Virus record (IMG/VR): IMGVR_UViG_3300045988_151594
DNA: 52,993 nt
Origin: a virus
Strand: one strand, 5' to 3'
The first letter of the stretch is position 1. Each line of letters starts with the position of its first letter. Shown in pieces: positions 8,707 through 17,534 of the stretch. Made by a program: the position numbers and the translations under genes. Below the pieces are notes generated by a model, which worked only from the letters and a program-made list of their open reading frames with translations, did no database searches and was not told where the DNA came from.

Positions 8707-8744
8707 GGACACTTTTAGGACAAAATACGGACAAACTCCGGACT
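8707..8744 (+). promoter_or_regulatory. Four GGAC(A/T) boxes phased exactly 11 bp apart (candidate activator or TerS binding array)
   Basis: GGACA at 8707, 8718 and 8729; GGACT at 8740. The array is followed about 30 nt downstream by 'tataat' (8770-8775) with no good -35. Confidence 0.55.
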
Positions 8745-8779
8745 AAAAGTATAGAAAGTCATGGTACTATAATAGTATA

Positions 8780-9342
8780 AGAATAGCAGAAATGCTAACG
8801 TATCCTAAATTTGTATTTTTTTTAGAGCATACCACACTATGCTGGAGAAATGAGAACTTAATTCCACTCAAATTAAGTTTCTGTTCGAGGGATAAGAGTA
8901 GAGGTACTCTTCCCTCAATATGTTGCTATAGGTTTATATATGGATTGAGTGTTAAATTGTCGACTATACATGATTGAAATATATTCGTGGTTCAAATCCA
9001 TGAGGCAGCTAATATATATATTAAAACATAGTAGTAGAAGTGAGACAGCCACTTTAAAACCAATAAGAGGCCTATTGTAAAAAACCTCCGGAGTAAACCG
9101 TGATAAAATCAAAATATTCATATATATTGTGTGTTAAAAAATCTATATATATTAGTATTATTAATTACTTATTGTTTTACATTATATTTAAACTATATCT
9201 TTAATTTTAATTTTAAACTTTTTAAAACTTTATATTCCATTTTAATGCGCCCATTGATTTGGGTGCAATATGAAGGTATGAGTATTATCCAGTGCAACTC
9301 TGGAAACCTTCTAATGATTGTTTTTATTCATTACTCCCACAA
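8780..9342 (+). ncRNA. Candidate long structured 5' leader or non-coding RNA of the late operon
   Basis: No credible ORF or RBS. Perfect hairpins at 8784-8797 (GAAA loop), 8826-8843, 8855-8879 (9 bp), 8887-8916 (5+7 bp), 9247-9266 and 9272-9311 (nested). Confidence 0.35.
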
Positions 9343-9376
9343 AGAGCACTAATAATTTAGTGTTCTTTTTTTATTT
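9343..9376 (+). terminator. Intrinsic terminator immediately upstream of the first late ORF
   Basis: 9-bp stem 'agagcacta'/'tagtgttct' (one G.U) with a 6-nt loop, followed by 'ttttttatttt'. Confidence 0.7.
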
Positions 9377-9396
9377 TGTTAAAAGGTGTGATTGGT

Positions 9397-9771
9397 ATGA
9401 AATGGATTGATGCAGGAACTATAGCAGATAGAGATGAAGTTCCAAAGAAATTATGGAAGTATGAAAATATTATGAAACAAATACCAAAGTATAATAAGAA
9501 AGCAGGAAGTAGAAAGATATTTCAACGCAAGGAATATAGCATATACAAAGCTAGTGATGGATATATTGTACATAATACTAATAAACCATTTGAGAAAGGC
9601 CATACTCATGTACATTCATTTAATAAGGCTAAGAGTATAGTGGACTTATGTATTAGAAAGAAACTTCCGAATACGCCAAGAGCATGGGAGATAGAAAGTT
9701 TAATGAGATTAACAAGAAATAATGCTTATTATAATAAGTTAAGGGATTTATTGGAAGGGCTAGGTGAATAA
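9397..9771 (+). CDS. Hypothetical protein preceding terS
   Basis: ATG 7 nt after 'aaggtg' ('MKWIDAGTIADRDE...'). The track start at 9376 is a TTG inside the terminator T-run. Confidence 0.6.
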   Translation: MKWIDAGTIADRDEVPKKLWKYENIMKQIPKYNKKAGSRKIFQRKEYSIYKASDGYIVHNTNKPFEKGHTHVHSFNKAKSIVDLCIRKKLPNTPRAWEIESLMRLTRNNAYYNKLRDLLEGLGE

Positions 9772-9964
9772 ATGTTTAGATGTATAGCAATTACTTATTT
9801 TACTTTTGTAATAGCATCTTATAAGCTTATCGTATTGCTTTATACCTTTATACAATGTGTACTTTAGCTATATTACTTATAGATATGCAGTAGTTGCAAA
9901 TGATAAAGAGTTTGAAGAATTTATTAATGGAGAATATTAATAAAAATAATAAGGAGGTGGCATT

Positions 9965-10414
9965 ATGAGTTTGACAGTTAAACAAGAAAAATTTGTACAA
10001 GCATTAATAAGTGGCAAAAGTCAAAGAATTGCATATAAAGAGGCTTATAATGCTACTAAAATGAAAGATGAAGTAATAGATGTTAGAGCTTCAGAATTGC
10101 TTAAAAAGAGTAAGGTAAAGGTAAGGTATGAGGAATTATTAGAAGAACACAAGGAAAAAGCTTTATACACAAGAGAAGAAATGGTAAACGACTTAATTTG
10201 GGTAAAGGAAAAAGCTAAAGAGGATATAAATAATCCTAAAAAAGGACTAAGACAGGCGAATGGAACTATATTCATAAATGCAATAAAGGAATTGGGTGAA
10301 CTTAATGAATTATATCCAGTAAAAAAACAAGATGTAAGTTTAAATGGTGAAATAAGTAATCCATATGCAAACTTCACTTATGAAGAATTAAAGAAAATGA
10401 TAGACGAAGATTAA
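9965..10414 (+). CDS. terS: Terminase small subunit (Terminase_2/XtmA-like)
   Basis: 'LTVKQEKFVQALISGKSQRIAYKEAYNATKMKDEVIDVRASELLKKSKV' is the typical N-terminal HTH of Terminase_2. It sits directly upstream of terL. Confidence 0.85.
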   Translation: MSLTVKQEKFVQALISGKSQRIAYKEAYNATKMKDEVIDVRASELLKKSKVKVRYEELLEEHKEKALYTREEMVNDLIWVKEKAKEDINNPKKGLRQANGTIFINAIKELGELNELYPVKKQDVSLNGEISNPYANFTYEELKKMIDED

Positions 10415-10429
10415 GGGGGTGACGATGGG

Positions 10430-11855
10430 ATGGCAAATGAGAAATTAAAGAAATTAGGTGCAAGATGTGAATTAGCTCGCAGAAGCTTCTTTTGGTATTG
10501 CAATTTAAAAGCACCAGACTTTTATAAAACTAGCAGGGATTATTTAGTTAAATTATGCAATACATTTCAAGCGTTTTATGAAAGCAATGACGAAGTTATG
10601 ATTATTAATATGCCTCCTCGTCACCGGCAAAAGTAGAACAGCATCTTTATTTGTAGAATGGATATTAGGACAAAATAAACAAGAAAAAGTAATGACTGGA
10701 AGCTATAACGAGACATTATCAACTACATTTTCTAAAAACGTAAGAAATGATATACAAGAGGCAAAAGCAGATATATATAAGCCTGTATATAGTGATGTTT
10801 TCCCGGGCGTAAAAATAAAACGTGGTGATGGGTCCATGAACTTATGGAGCTTAGAAGGTGGATATAATAATTATTTAGCGACTTCACCAACAGGAACTGC
10901 AACTGGTTTTGGAGCTTCTATACTTGTTATAGATGATTTAATTAAAAATGCTGAAGAAGCACATAATGAAAATATAAAAGAAAAACATTGGGAATGGTTT
11001 ACTAATACAATGTTATCAAGATTAGAAGAAGGCGGAAAAATAATAATTATTATGACTAGATGGGCAAGTAATGATCTAGCAGGAAAAGCATTAGAATTTT
11101 ATAAAGAAGAAGGTAAAGAAGTAAATCATATCAATATGAAAGCATTACAAGATGATGGAACTATGTTATGCGATGAAGTCTTATCATTAAGAAGCTATGA
11201 ATCTAAAATAAAAGCTATGGGTGAAGATATAGCTTCAGCTAACTATCAACAAATACCAATAGATTTAAAAGGATGCTTATACGGAGAATTTAAAACATAT
11301 ACAGAATTGCCAGTAAATGATAAAGGGGATAGTTTGATTAATAAAATCATGGCCTATTGTGATACAGCAGATACAGGTGATGATTATTTATGTTGTATAA
11401 TATTTGGAGTATATGACAAAGAAGCCTATGTTTTAGATGTAATTTATACTAAAGCTAGTATGGAAATAACCGAGCCAATGACAGCAAAAGTATTATATGA
11501 TAATAAAGTTAATTTAGCATATATAGAATCTAATAATGGAGGTAGAGGTTTTGCTAGAAATGTAGGGAATATATTAAGAAATCAATACAATAGTAATAGA
11601 TGCATAATAAATTGGTTTCATCAATCACAAAATAAACAAGCTAGAATTTTATCAAATAGTACATGGGTGACCCAACATATATATTTCCCTTATAACTGGA
11701 AAAATAGATTTCCTGAATATTATAAAGATATGTTTAAATATCAAAAGGAAGGTAAAAATAAACATGATGATGCACCTGATGCAACTACTGGAGTAGCTGA
11801 AATTATAATAGAAAAAACAGGTAAGGCAATAGATAGAAGAAAATTAGGCATTTAG
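10430..11855 (+). CDS. terL: Terminase large subunit (PBSX/XtmB-like), frame broken once (+1) at the Walker A region
   Basis: 10430..10636 ends 'INMPPRHRQK*'. The +1 frame is open from 10602 and reads 'GKSRTASLFVEWILGQNKQEKVMTGSYNE...', continuing as ORF 10692..11855 (nuclease end 'NKHDDAPDA'). Confidence 0.85.
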
Positions 11856-11866
11856 GAGGTGATGTA

Positions 11867-13261
11867 TTGATTAATAGAAGAATTAAAATTCCAAGAGATG
11901 CTGAATTAAATAAAGAAACAATTGATTACATATTAGATGAACACAGATTTGAAAAGGCTAGAATTGATAAACTAGAAAAATACTACAATAATCATGCAGA
12001 CATATTTAATAGAGAATATGAAAATGATGGAAAACCTCATAACTATTTAGCAACTCCATATGCAAACTATATAACAACTATGGCAGTAGGTTATTTTTTA
12101 GGAAAACAAGTGACATATAAAAGTGAAGATGAACAATTACTAGAAAAATTAAACGATATATTAAAATACAGTGATGAGCATGATCATAATACTACTTTAG
12201 CTAAAAGAGCATCTATTGGAGGATATGCAGTCGAACTATTATATATAGATGAAGACATGCAACCAAGATTTAAGGCATTTGGAGGAAACGAAGTAGCGAT
12301 AGTATATGATGATACAATAGAAGACAATATACTTTATGCTATAAGGTATTGGGAAGAAAAAATAGTTAATACAAATGAGATAATAACAAAATGTGAAATA
12401 TATACAGGCCCTATTTTAAATGATAAAGATGAAATAATTGAAACTGGTAAAATAATGTATGGAACTATTAAACAATACAGCTTTGTTATAGATGAAAGTA
12501 AAACAAGAGAACATTTTTTTAAAGATGTACCAGTAGTAGTTTATATTAACAATGATGAATTATTTGGAGATTTTGAAAAGGTAATGACATTGATAGATGA
12601 ATATAACAAAGTTCAGTCCGACACAGCTAATGACTTTGAATATTTCACGAATGCGATGTTAGTTATAAGTGGCTATGTTGTAGATGATGAAGCATCTAAA
12701 ACATTAAAAGATATGCATATAATAAATTTTCAAGATAATACTGGAGATGCAAAATATTTAATAAAAGATATTCAAGATACAGCTTTAGAAAATTATAAAA
12801 ATAGATTAGATAATGATATTCATAAATTTTCATTAGTTCCAAATTTAACAGATGAATCATTTAGCGGGAACATAAGTGGAGAAGCAATGAAATATAAGCT
12901 TATGGGAATTGATAATCTAACTTCGGTAAAAGAAGCTAAGTTTAGAAAAGGATTAATGAGAAGAATAGAATTGATATGTAACTATTTAAGAACTAAGGAT
13001 AGTAGTTTACAATTTGATTTTATAGATATAGAGCCAGTATTTACTAGAAATAGACCAGTAAATGAATTAGAAATTGCACAAATGATGCAAACATTAACAG
13101 GAATATTGAGCAAAGAAACTGTAATAGGAATGTTCCCATCTATAAGCGATCCACAAGCAGAATTAAAGAAAAAAGAAGATGAAGAAGAATCAGTATATGA
13201 GCAACCTTATGAAGTGCAACAAGAAAAACCTGCTGAGATAGGTGAGGAAGATAATGAATAA
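11867..13261 (+). CDS. Portal protein (SPP1 gp6-like)
   Basis: 464 aa directly after terL. 'GKPHNYLATPYANYITTMAVGYFLGKQVTY' and an acidic C-terminus. TTG start after 'aggaggtga'. Confidence 0.85.
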   Translation: MINRRIKIPRDAELNKETIDYILDEHRFEKARIDKLEKYYNNHADIFNREYENDGKPHNYLATPYANYITTMAVGYFLGKQVTYKSEDEQLLEKLNDILKYSDEHDHNTTLAKRASIGGYAVELLYIDEDMQPRFKAFGGNEVAIVYDDTIEDNILYAIRYWEEKIVNTNEIITKCEIYTGPILNDKDEIIETGKIMYGTIKQYSFVIDESKTREHFFKDVPVVVYINNDELFGDFEKVMTLIDEYNKVQSDTANDFEYFTNAMLVISGYVVDDEASKTLKDMHIINFQDNTGDAKYLIKDIQDTALENYKNRLDNDIHKFSLVPNLTDESFSGNISGEAMKYKLMGIDNLTSVKEAKFRKGLMRRIELICNYLRTKDSSLQFDFIDIEPVFTRNRPVNELEIAQMMQTLTGILSKETVIGMFPSISDPQAELKKKEDEEESVYEQPYEVQQEKPAEIGEEDNE

Positions 13262-14275
13262 CAAACAGTACTGGATAGATAGAGAAAATCAGAAGCTAAA
13301 TAAAGGCATCAAGGATTGTAACAAGTTAGCTAAGGAATTAGAACATCATTATAAACTAGCAAATAAAGAAATAGAAAAAGAAATTAATAATCTATTTGAA
13401 AAATACGCAAAAGACAATCAATTAACTTATGCAGAAGCAACTAAATATTTAACAGGAAATGAGTTTAAAATATGGAGAACTGACATAAAAGGATATCTTA
13501 AAATGATTGAAGATAATCCGGAGTTATTATTAGAGCTTAATACTTTAGCTATGAAAAGTAGAATTACACGTTGGGAATCATTGCAGTATGAAATTGATAA
13601 ACAACTTAATAAATTAGCTATAACAACTGAGAAAGAAACCAAGGAGCTCCTAACGGATACATTGAAAGACAATTATAACAGAAATGTATTTAATATATCT
13701 AAAAAAGCTGGATTTGTAGCAAATTTCAGTGGAATAAATAATAAGACCGTTGAAAGAGTGTTGTCTTATCCATGGAGTGGTAGCAATTATTCGGACAGAA
13801 TATGGGAAAACAAAAGATTACTTAGTAAAACTATTAAAAACGAAATGACACAAATGATAATTAGAGGTGAATCAAGCAAGAAAGTAGCTGCAAGAGTATC
13901 AGAAAAGATGAATACAAGCTATAAAAATGCAGTTAGATTAGTACAGACAGAACATAGTTATGTGATGAATGAGGCATCCAAATATACTTATGAAGATTTA
14001 AATATAGAACAATATGAATTTCTAGCCACATTAGATAGTAGGACTTGTAGTGTATGTGGAAAATTAGATGGAAAAGTATTTAAATTAACGGAGGCTAAGG
14101 TGGGTATTAATTACCCACCTCTTTGAATCTGCATCCTAATGATAGATGTACAACAGTACCATATTATGAAGATGACGAAGATAGCATGAGATTTGCTAGG
14201 AATAAAGAAGGTAAAAGAATAGAAGTCCCAGCAAGTATGAAATATGAAGAATTTAAAAAGAAATATATTGATTAG
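13254..14275 (+). CDS. Head morphogenesis protein (SPP1 gp7 / Mu F-like), frame broken near the conserved C-terminal motif
   Basis: The frame ends 'GINYPPL*' at 14124-14126. The adjacent frame, open only from 14111, reads 'SLNLHPNDRCTTVPYYEDDED...KKYID*' and holds the family hallmark 'HPNxRCT'. Confidence 0.8.
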
Positions 14276-14285
14276 GAGTATAATA

Positions 14286-14387
14286 ATGAAATTAAACGAA
14301 ACTATAGAAATGATGAATAGTAAAGATTTTGAAGAAAGATTTAAAGCAGAATATTATCAATTAGAAATAAGGGGTATGAAACTATAA
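14286..14387 (+). pseudogene. Apparently truncated small phage gene (33 aa)
   Basis: 'MKLNETIEMMNSKDFEERFKAEYYQLEIRGMKL*' looks like the N-terminus of a roughly 90-100-aa phage family ('...ERFKAEYxQLxIRxxKL...'). That assignment is from memory, not from a search. Confidence 0.35.
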
Positions 14388-14427
14388 CTGTGGATTAGTA
14401 AGAAAACAAATGTTAGGAGATAATGTA

Positions 14428-14703
14428 ATGGATAAAAAAGAAATAAAAAGATTAGTAAATAAAAGCATAAAAACAGAATTTATAAAGCAAATAATATTTA
14501 CAATTATAAAAGAGTTATTTCTATCATTTGCACTTTATGAAACAATAAGTTTTATTTGGTACAGTTTTGAGATTATGGCTTATGGAATACACAACAGTCA
14601 AGCATCAATAACAATCATAACAGTATTATTTTATTTTATATATACATATATATATAATTTAAGAACAATAAAAAAATTAAGACATGAGAAAAACGAGAAA
14701 TAA
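14428..14703 (+). CDS. Small membrane protein (moron inside the head module)
   Basis: RBS 'aggaga' then ATG 14428. Two hydrophobic helices ('IIFTIIKELFLSFALYETISFIWY', 'ASITIITVLFYFIYTYIY'). It has its own terminator. Confidence 0.6.
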   Translation: MDKKEIKRLVNKSIKTEFIKQIIFTIIKELFLSFALYETISFIWYSFEIMAYGIHNSQASITIITVLFYFIYTYIYNLRTIKKLRHEKNEK

Positions 14704-14749
14704 AGAGGCAATAGATAGACATGAATATACTAACTTTAAATAGTTTATA

Positions 14750-14775
14750 AAGTCCTTATAGGACTTATTTTTATT
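14750..14775 (+). terminator. Intrinsic terminator after the membrane-protein moron
   Basis: 'aagtcc-ttata-ggactt' followed by 'atttttatt'. Confidence 0.6.
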
Positions 14776-14859
14776 GTCTTTTTCTATGGGATAGACATTA
14801 AAGAAAACATTGCAGAATGGTTACTAGCCCATAAAACTAGGTGGAAAGGAATTGTTATT

Positions 14860-15567
14860 ATGAAAAAATCAAACAAAGTTAACGTTAACGATACAAAATT
14901 AAATATGAATTTACAGCTATTAGCTGATGAAGGAGAGCAAGAACCGCCTCAAGATACAAATAATGAAACAGGAGGACCAGCGCAACAACCTCCAATGAGT
15001 CAAGATGAACTTAATAAGTTAGTTGAAGAAAAAGCTAAGGAAATGGCAAAAGATATAGCCTCAAGAAACATAGTAAAAGAGAAGAGAAAATATAAAGAAA
15101 TGCTTGAATCTTTGCAAAACGATAAAGCTCAACTTGAATCAGAAAAATTAGCTAAAATGAGCGAAGCAGATAAAACAGCTTATCAAATAAGCGAATTAAA
15201 TAAAAAACTGGAAGAAATGCAAAAGCAATCCAGTGAAAAAGAAAAAGCTTTTGAATTTGAAAGATTAACTAATCAAACTAAAGACTTATTAGTTGAAAAA
15301 GGCTTACCAGGAGCTTTAGCAAATATGGTTATGGCTGGAGCAGATGGAGAAGCAGAAGCAATACAAAAGAATATTGCATCATTACAAGAATATGTAAATC
15401 AAGCTATAGATGCTGGAGTAGAAGCTAGAATAAAGGCTTCATCAGGAACACCAAGAGCAGTAAAAACTAGCAAAGGCGGGTTTACATTAGAAGATATTAA
15501 AAAGATGTCACCATCTGAAATAAATGCACATTGGGATGAAATATCCAAGCAAGGAATATTAAAATAA
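14860..15567 (+). CDS. Capsid scaffolding protein
   Basis: Charged coiled-coil protein between the head-morphogenesis and capsid genes ('LQLLADEGEQEPPQ...'). Confidence 0.75.
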   Translation: MKKSNKVNVNDTKLNMNLQLLADEGEQEPPQDTNNETGGPAQQPPMSQDELNKLVEEKAKEMAKDIASRNIVKEKRKYKEMLESLQNDKAQLESEKLAKMSEADKTAYQISELNKKLEEMQKQSSEKEKAFEFERLTNQTKDLLVEKGLPGALANMVMAGADGEAEAIQKNIASLQEYVNQAIDAGVEARIKASSGTPRAVKTSKGGFTLEDIKKMSPSEINAHWDEISKQGILK

Positions 15568-15582
15568 AAGGAGATGTTATAA

Positions 15583-17374
15583 ATGGCTTACGGAACTAAA
15601 AACTTTGATAAATTTATACCAGAATTATGGTCAGCACGTTTACTTCAAAACTTAGATAATACTCATGTATTTGCAAATTGTGTCAATAGAGATTATGAGG
15701 GTAGATAATTTTGCCCTCTTTAAACCCCGTTAATTGCTGGAAGGCTAAGTCGAAAGATATGCTAATCAGCAGCCAAGCCTTTATAGAAATATAGAGGAAA
15801 GGTTCAACGACTAATGGTGATTCTAACCTTGATTATATATTAGAAATAAGATATGATGGAGATAGAAAATAATACCAACACGAAAGCGGGGATTATAAAT
15901 GATTAAAGGTTATAAAGATAAAGAAATCTTAGCTAAAAAATATGAAGAATTAGGTTCATTACAAAAGGTTGCAGATTATTTTGGAGTATCTAAAAAATTA
16001 ATATTAAATTATATGAAAAGATTTGATATTCAAAGAAATCAAAGAAAACCAAAACAAGAAAAGCCTAAAAAGATAGATACTTTTCATAAAGGATATACAA
16101 TCTCATGGAATGGATACAAGATGATATATCTTCCTATTCATCCACATTGTGATGGTAAAGGATATATAAGAGAACATATATTAGTCATGGAAAAATATTT
16201 AGGAAGATACTTAACAGAAGATGAGATAGTTCACCATATAGACGAAAATAAATTAAATAATGATATAAATAATCTTAAATTAATGACTAAGTATGAACAT
16301 AAATGTTATCATTCATCTAAACCAAGAAAACATGTAGATTTAGAAAAAGCTAAAGATTTACTTTTAAAAGGATATACAATGCCTCAAGTAGCAAAACATT
16401 TTAATATGTCAGAATCTGGATTAAGAAAAAAATTAAAAGCTAATGGAATAGAACTTAATTTAAAAAGAGGCGGGGCAAGAAGAAAACACTTTAATGATTT
16501 ATAATAAGATATAGTCTGAGCTGGGGCGGAATAGACCGTCAGTAGCAAATATAGCCTAAGATATTTGTATGAGGGAAACCTCCAGAAGTAGAGGATAAAG
16601 AGCCTTTACGATAACAAAATGGAAATAAAAAATATAGGTGATACAGTTCATATCCAAAAATTTGGAGATATAACTGTATCTGATTATACTAAAGCATCTG
16701 GAGTAGGAACTCCTGCAGATCCAGGTGGAGGAAGCACAGTATCATTAGTAATAGACCAAGCTAAATACTTTAACTTTAAAGTAGAAGATATTGAAGCTGT
16801 ACAAGCTAATGTAAACTTAATGGAAAAAGCAATGCAAAGGGCAGCATATGCAGTTGGTGAAGTGACTGATAAATATATAGCAGCTATGGTAGATGATGAA
16901 GCAGTTACTTTTGAATTCGGTACTGAATCTGCACCAAAAGCATTAAGTGCTTCAAATGCATATGATACTTTAGTAGATTTAAAAGTTCAATTCAATAAAA
17001 AGAATATACCATCTATCGGTAGATTTGTAGTAGTTCCACCTGAATTTTTAGGGCTATTAGAAAAAGATGATAGATATACTAAATATACTCAAAACCAAGA
17101 TGTAAAAGCTAATGGAATAAAAGGTAAGGTTGCTGGATTTGATATATACGAATCTAATAATGTAGTAACTAAAGAAGTTGGGTCATCTCCAAAAGTATTA
17201 CATTATCACATAATGGCTGGTACTGATATGGCTATATCTTATGCAGGACAAATATCTAAAATAGAAGCATATAGACCAGAAGCATCATTCTCAGATGCTT
17301 GTAAAGGATTATATGTATTTGGAGCTAAAATAGTAGAACCAAGTGCAATATGCAGAATGGACTGTACCTTTTAA
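15583..17374 (+). CDS. Major capsid protein, split: join(15583..15702,16622..17374)
   Basis: Exon 1 has RBS 'aaaggaga' and is exactly 40 codons ('[40 protein letters not shown]'). Exon 2 is in phase ('[22 protein letters not shown]...'). The junction gives a continuous 'NRDYEG|EIKNIGDTV'. Confidence 0.8.
15703..16621 (+). mobile_element. Group I intron (919 nt) carrying an HNH homing endonuclease gene
   Basis: P1: exon 'gagggT' (15697-15702) pairs with 'Gccctc' (15713-15718), with U.G at the splice site. The intron ends in G16621. There is a stop 2 codons into the intron. It shares blocks with the second intron. Confidence 0.75.
15899..16504 (+). CDS. Intron-encoded HNH homing endonuclease with flanking HTH modules
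   Basis: '[29 protein letters not shown]' is an HNH motif. N-terminal '[20 protein letters not shown]' and C-terminal '[20 protein letters not shown]' are HTHs. Confidence 0.85.
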   Translation: MIKGYKDKEILAKKYEELGSLQKVADYFGVSKKLILNYMKRFDIQRNQRKPKQEKPKKIDTFHKGYTISWNGYKMIYLPIHPHCDGKGYIREHILVMEKYLGRYLTEDEIVHHIDENKLNNDINNLKLMTKYEHKCYHSSKPRKHVDLEKAKDLLLKGYTMPQVAKHFNMSESGLRKKLKANGIELNLKRGGARRKHFNDL

Positions 17375-17396
17375 TACTACAAACTCAGTTCAATCG

Positions 17397-17534
17397 ATGA
17401 AAGCGGAAAAAACTATTGATTATGAATCAATGACATTAGCTCAATTAAAAGAGTTAGCTAAAGAAAGAGGATTGACTGGATATTCTTCATTGAATAAAGC
17501 TGATTTAATAGAATTATTAAAAGATAATGAATAA
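17397..17534 (+). CDS. Rho-N/SAP-like domain small protein
   Basis: '[31 protein letters not shown]' is the Rho N-terminal/SAP motif. The track start at 17343 lies inside the capsid gene. Confidence 0.55.
   Translation: MKAEKTIDYESMTLAQLKELAKERGLTGYSSLNKADLIELLKDNE

Noticed and set aside
8985-9010. A tRNA-like 3' end: 'cgtgg-ttcaaat-ccatg' (perfect T-arm with a GGTTCAAATCC-type loop) followed by a 7-nt acceptor-like strand 'aggcagc'.
   Set aside because: No matching 5' acceptor strand exists (the best is 'gttgcta', 6/7 with two G.U pairs, 88 nt upstream). I could not build a D-arm or a 5-bp anticodon stem from the intervening sequence. It may be a tRNA remnant or just one helix of the structured leader. 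I am not calling it a tRNA gene.
8792-9352. Track ORFs 8792..8977 (+), 8915..9121 (-) and 9131..9352 (+) inside the long intergenic region.
   Set aside because: None has a Shine-Dalgarno sequence, unlike nearly every real gene here. Their translations are low-complexity or Cys/Phe/Leu-rich, and they overlap strong RNA hairpins. I treat them as spurious.
14121-14126. Possibility that the in-frame TGA codons at the frame breaks are read as sense (genetic code 4 or 25 type recoding).
   Set aside because: Reading through the TGA gives nonsense sequence ('LWICILMIDVQQYH...'), while the conserved motif lies in a different frame. The terL break ends at TAG. Elsewhere in the window TGA ends well-supported genes, for example the small ORFs ending at 3973 and 4089. 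It is a frame change, not stop-codon reassignment.
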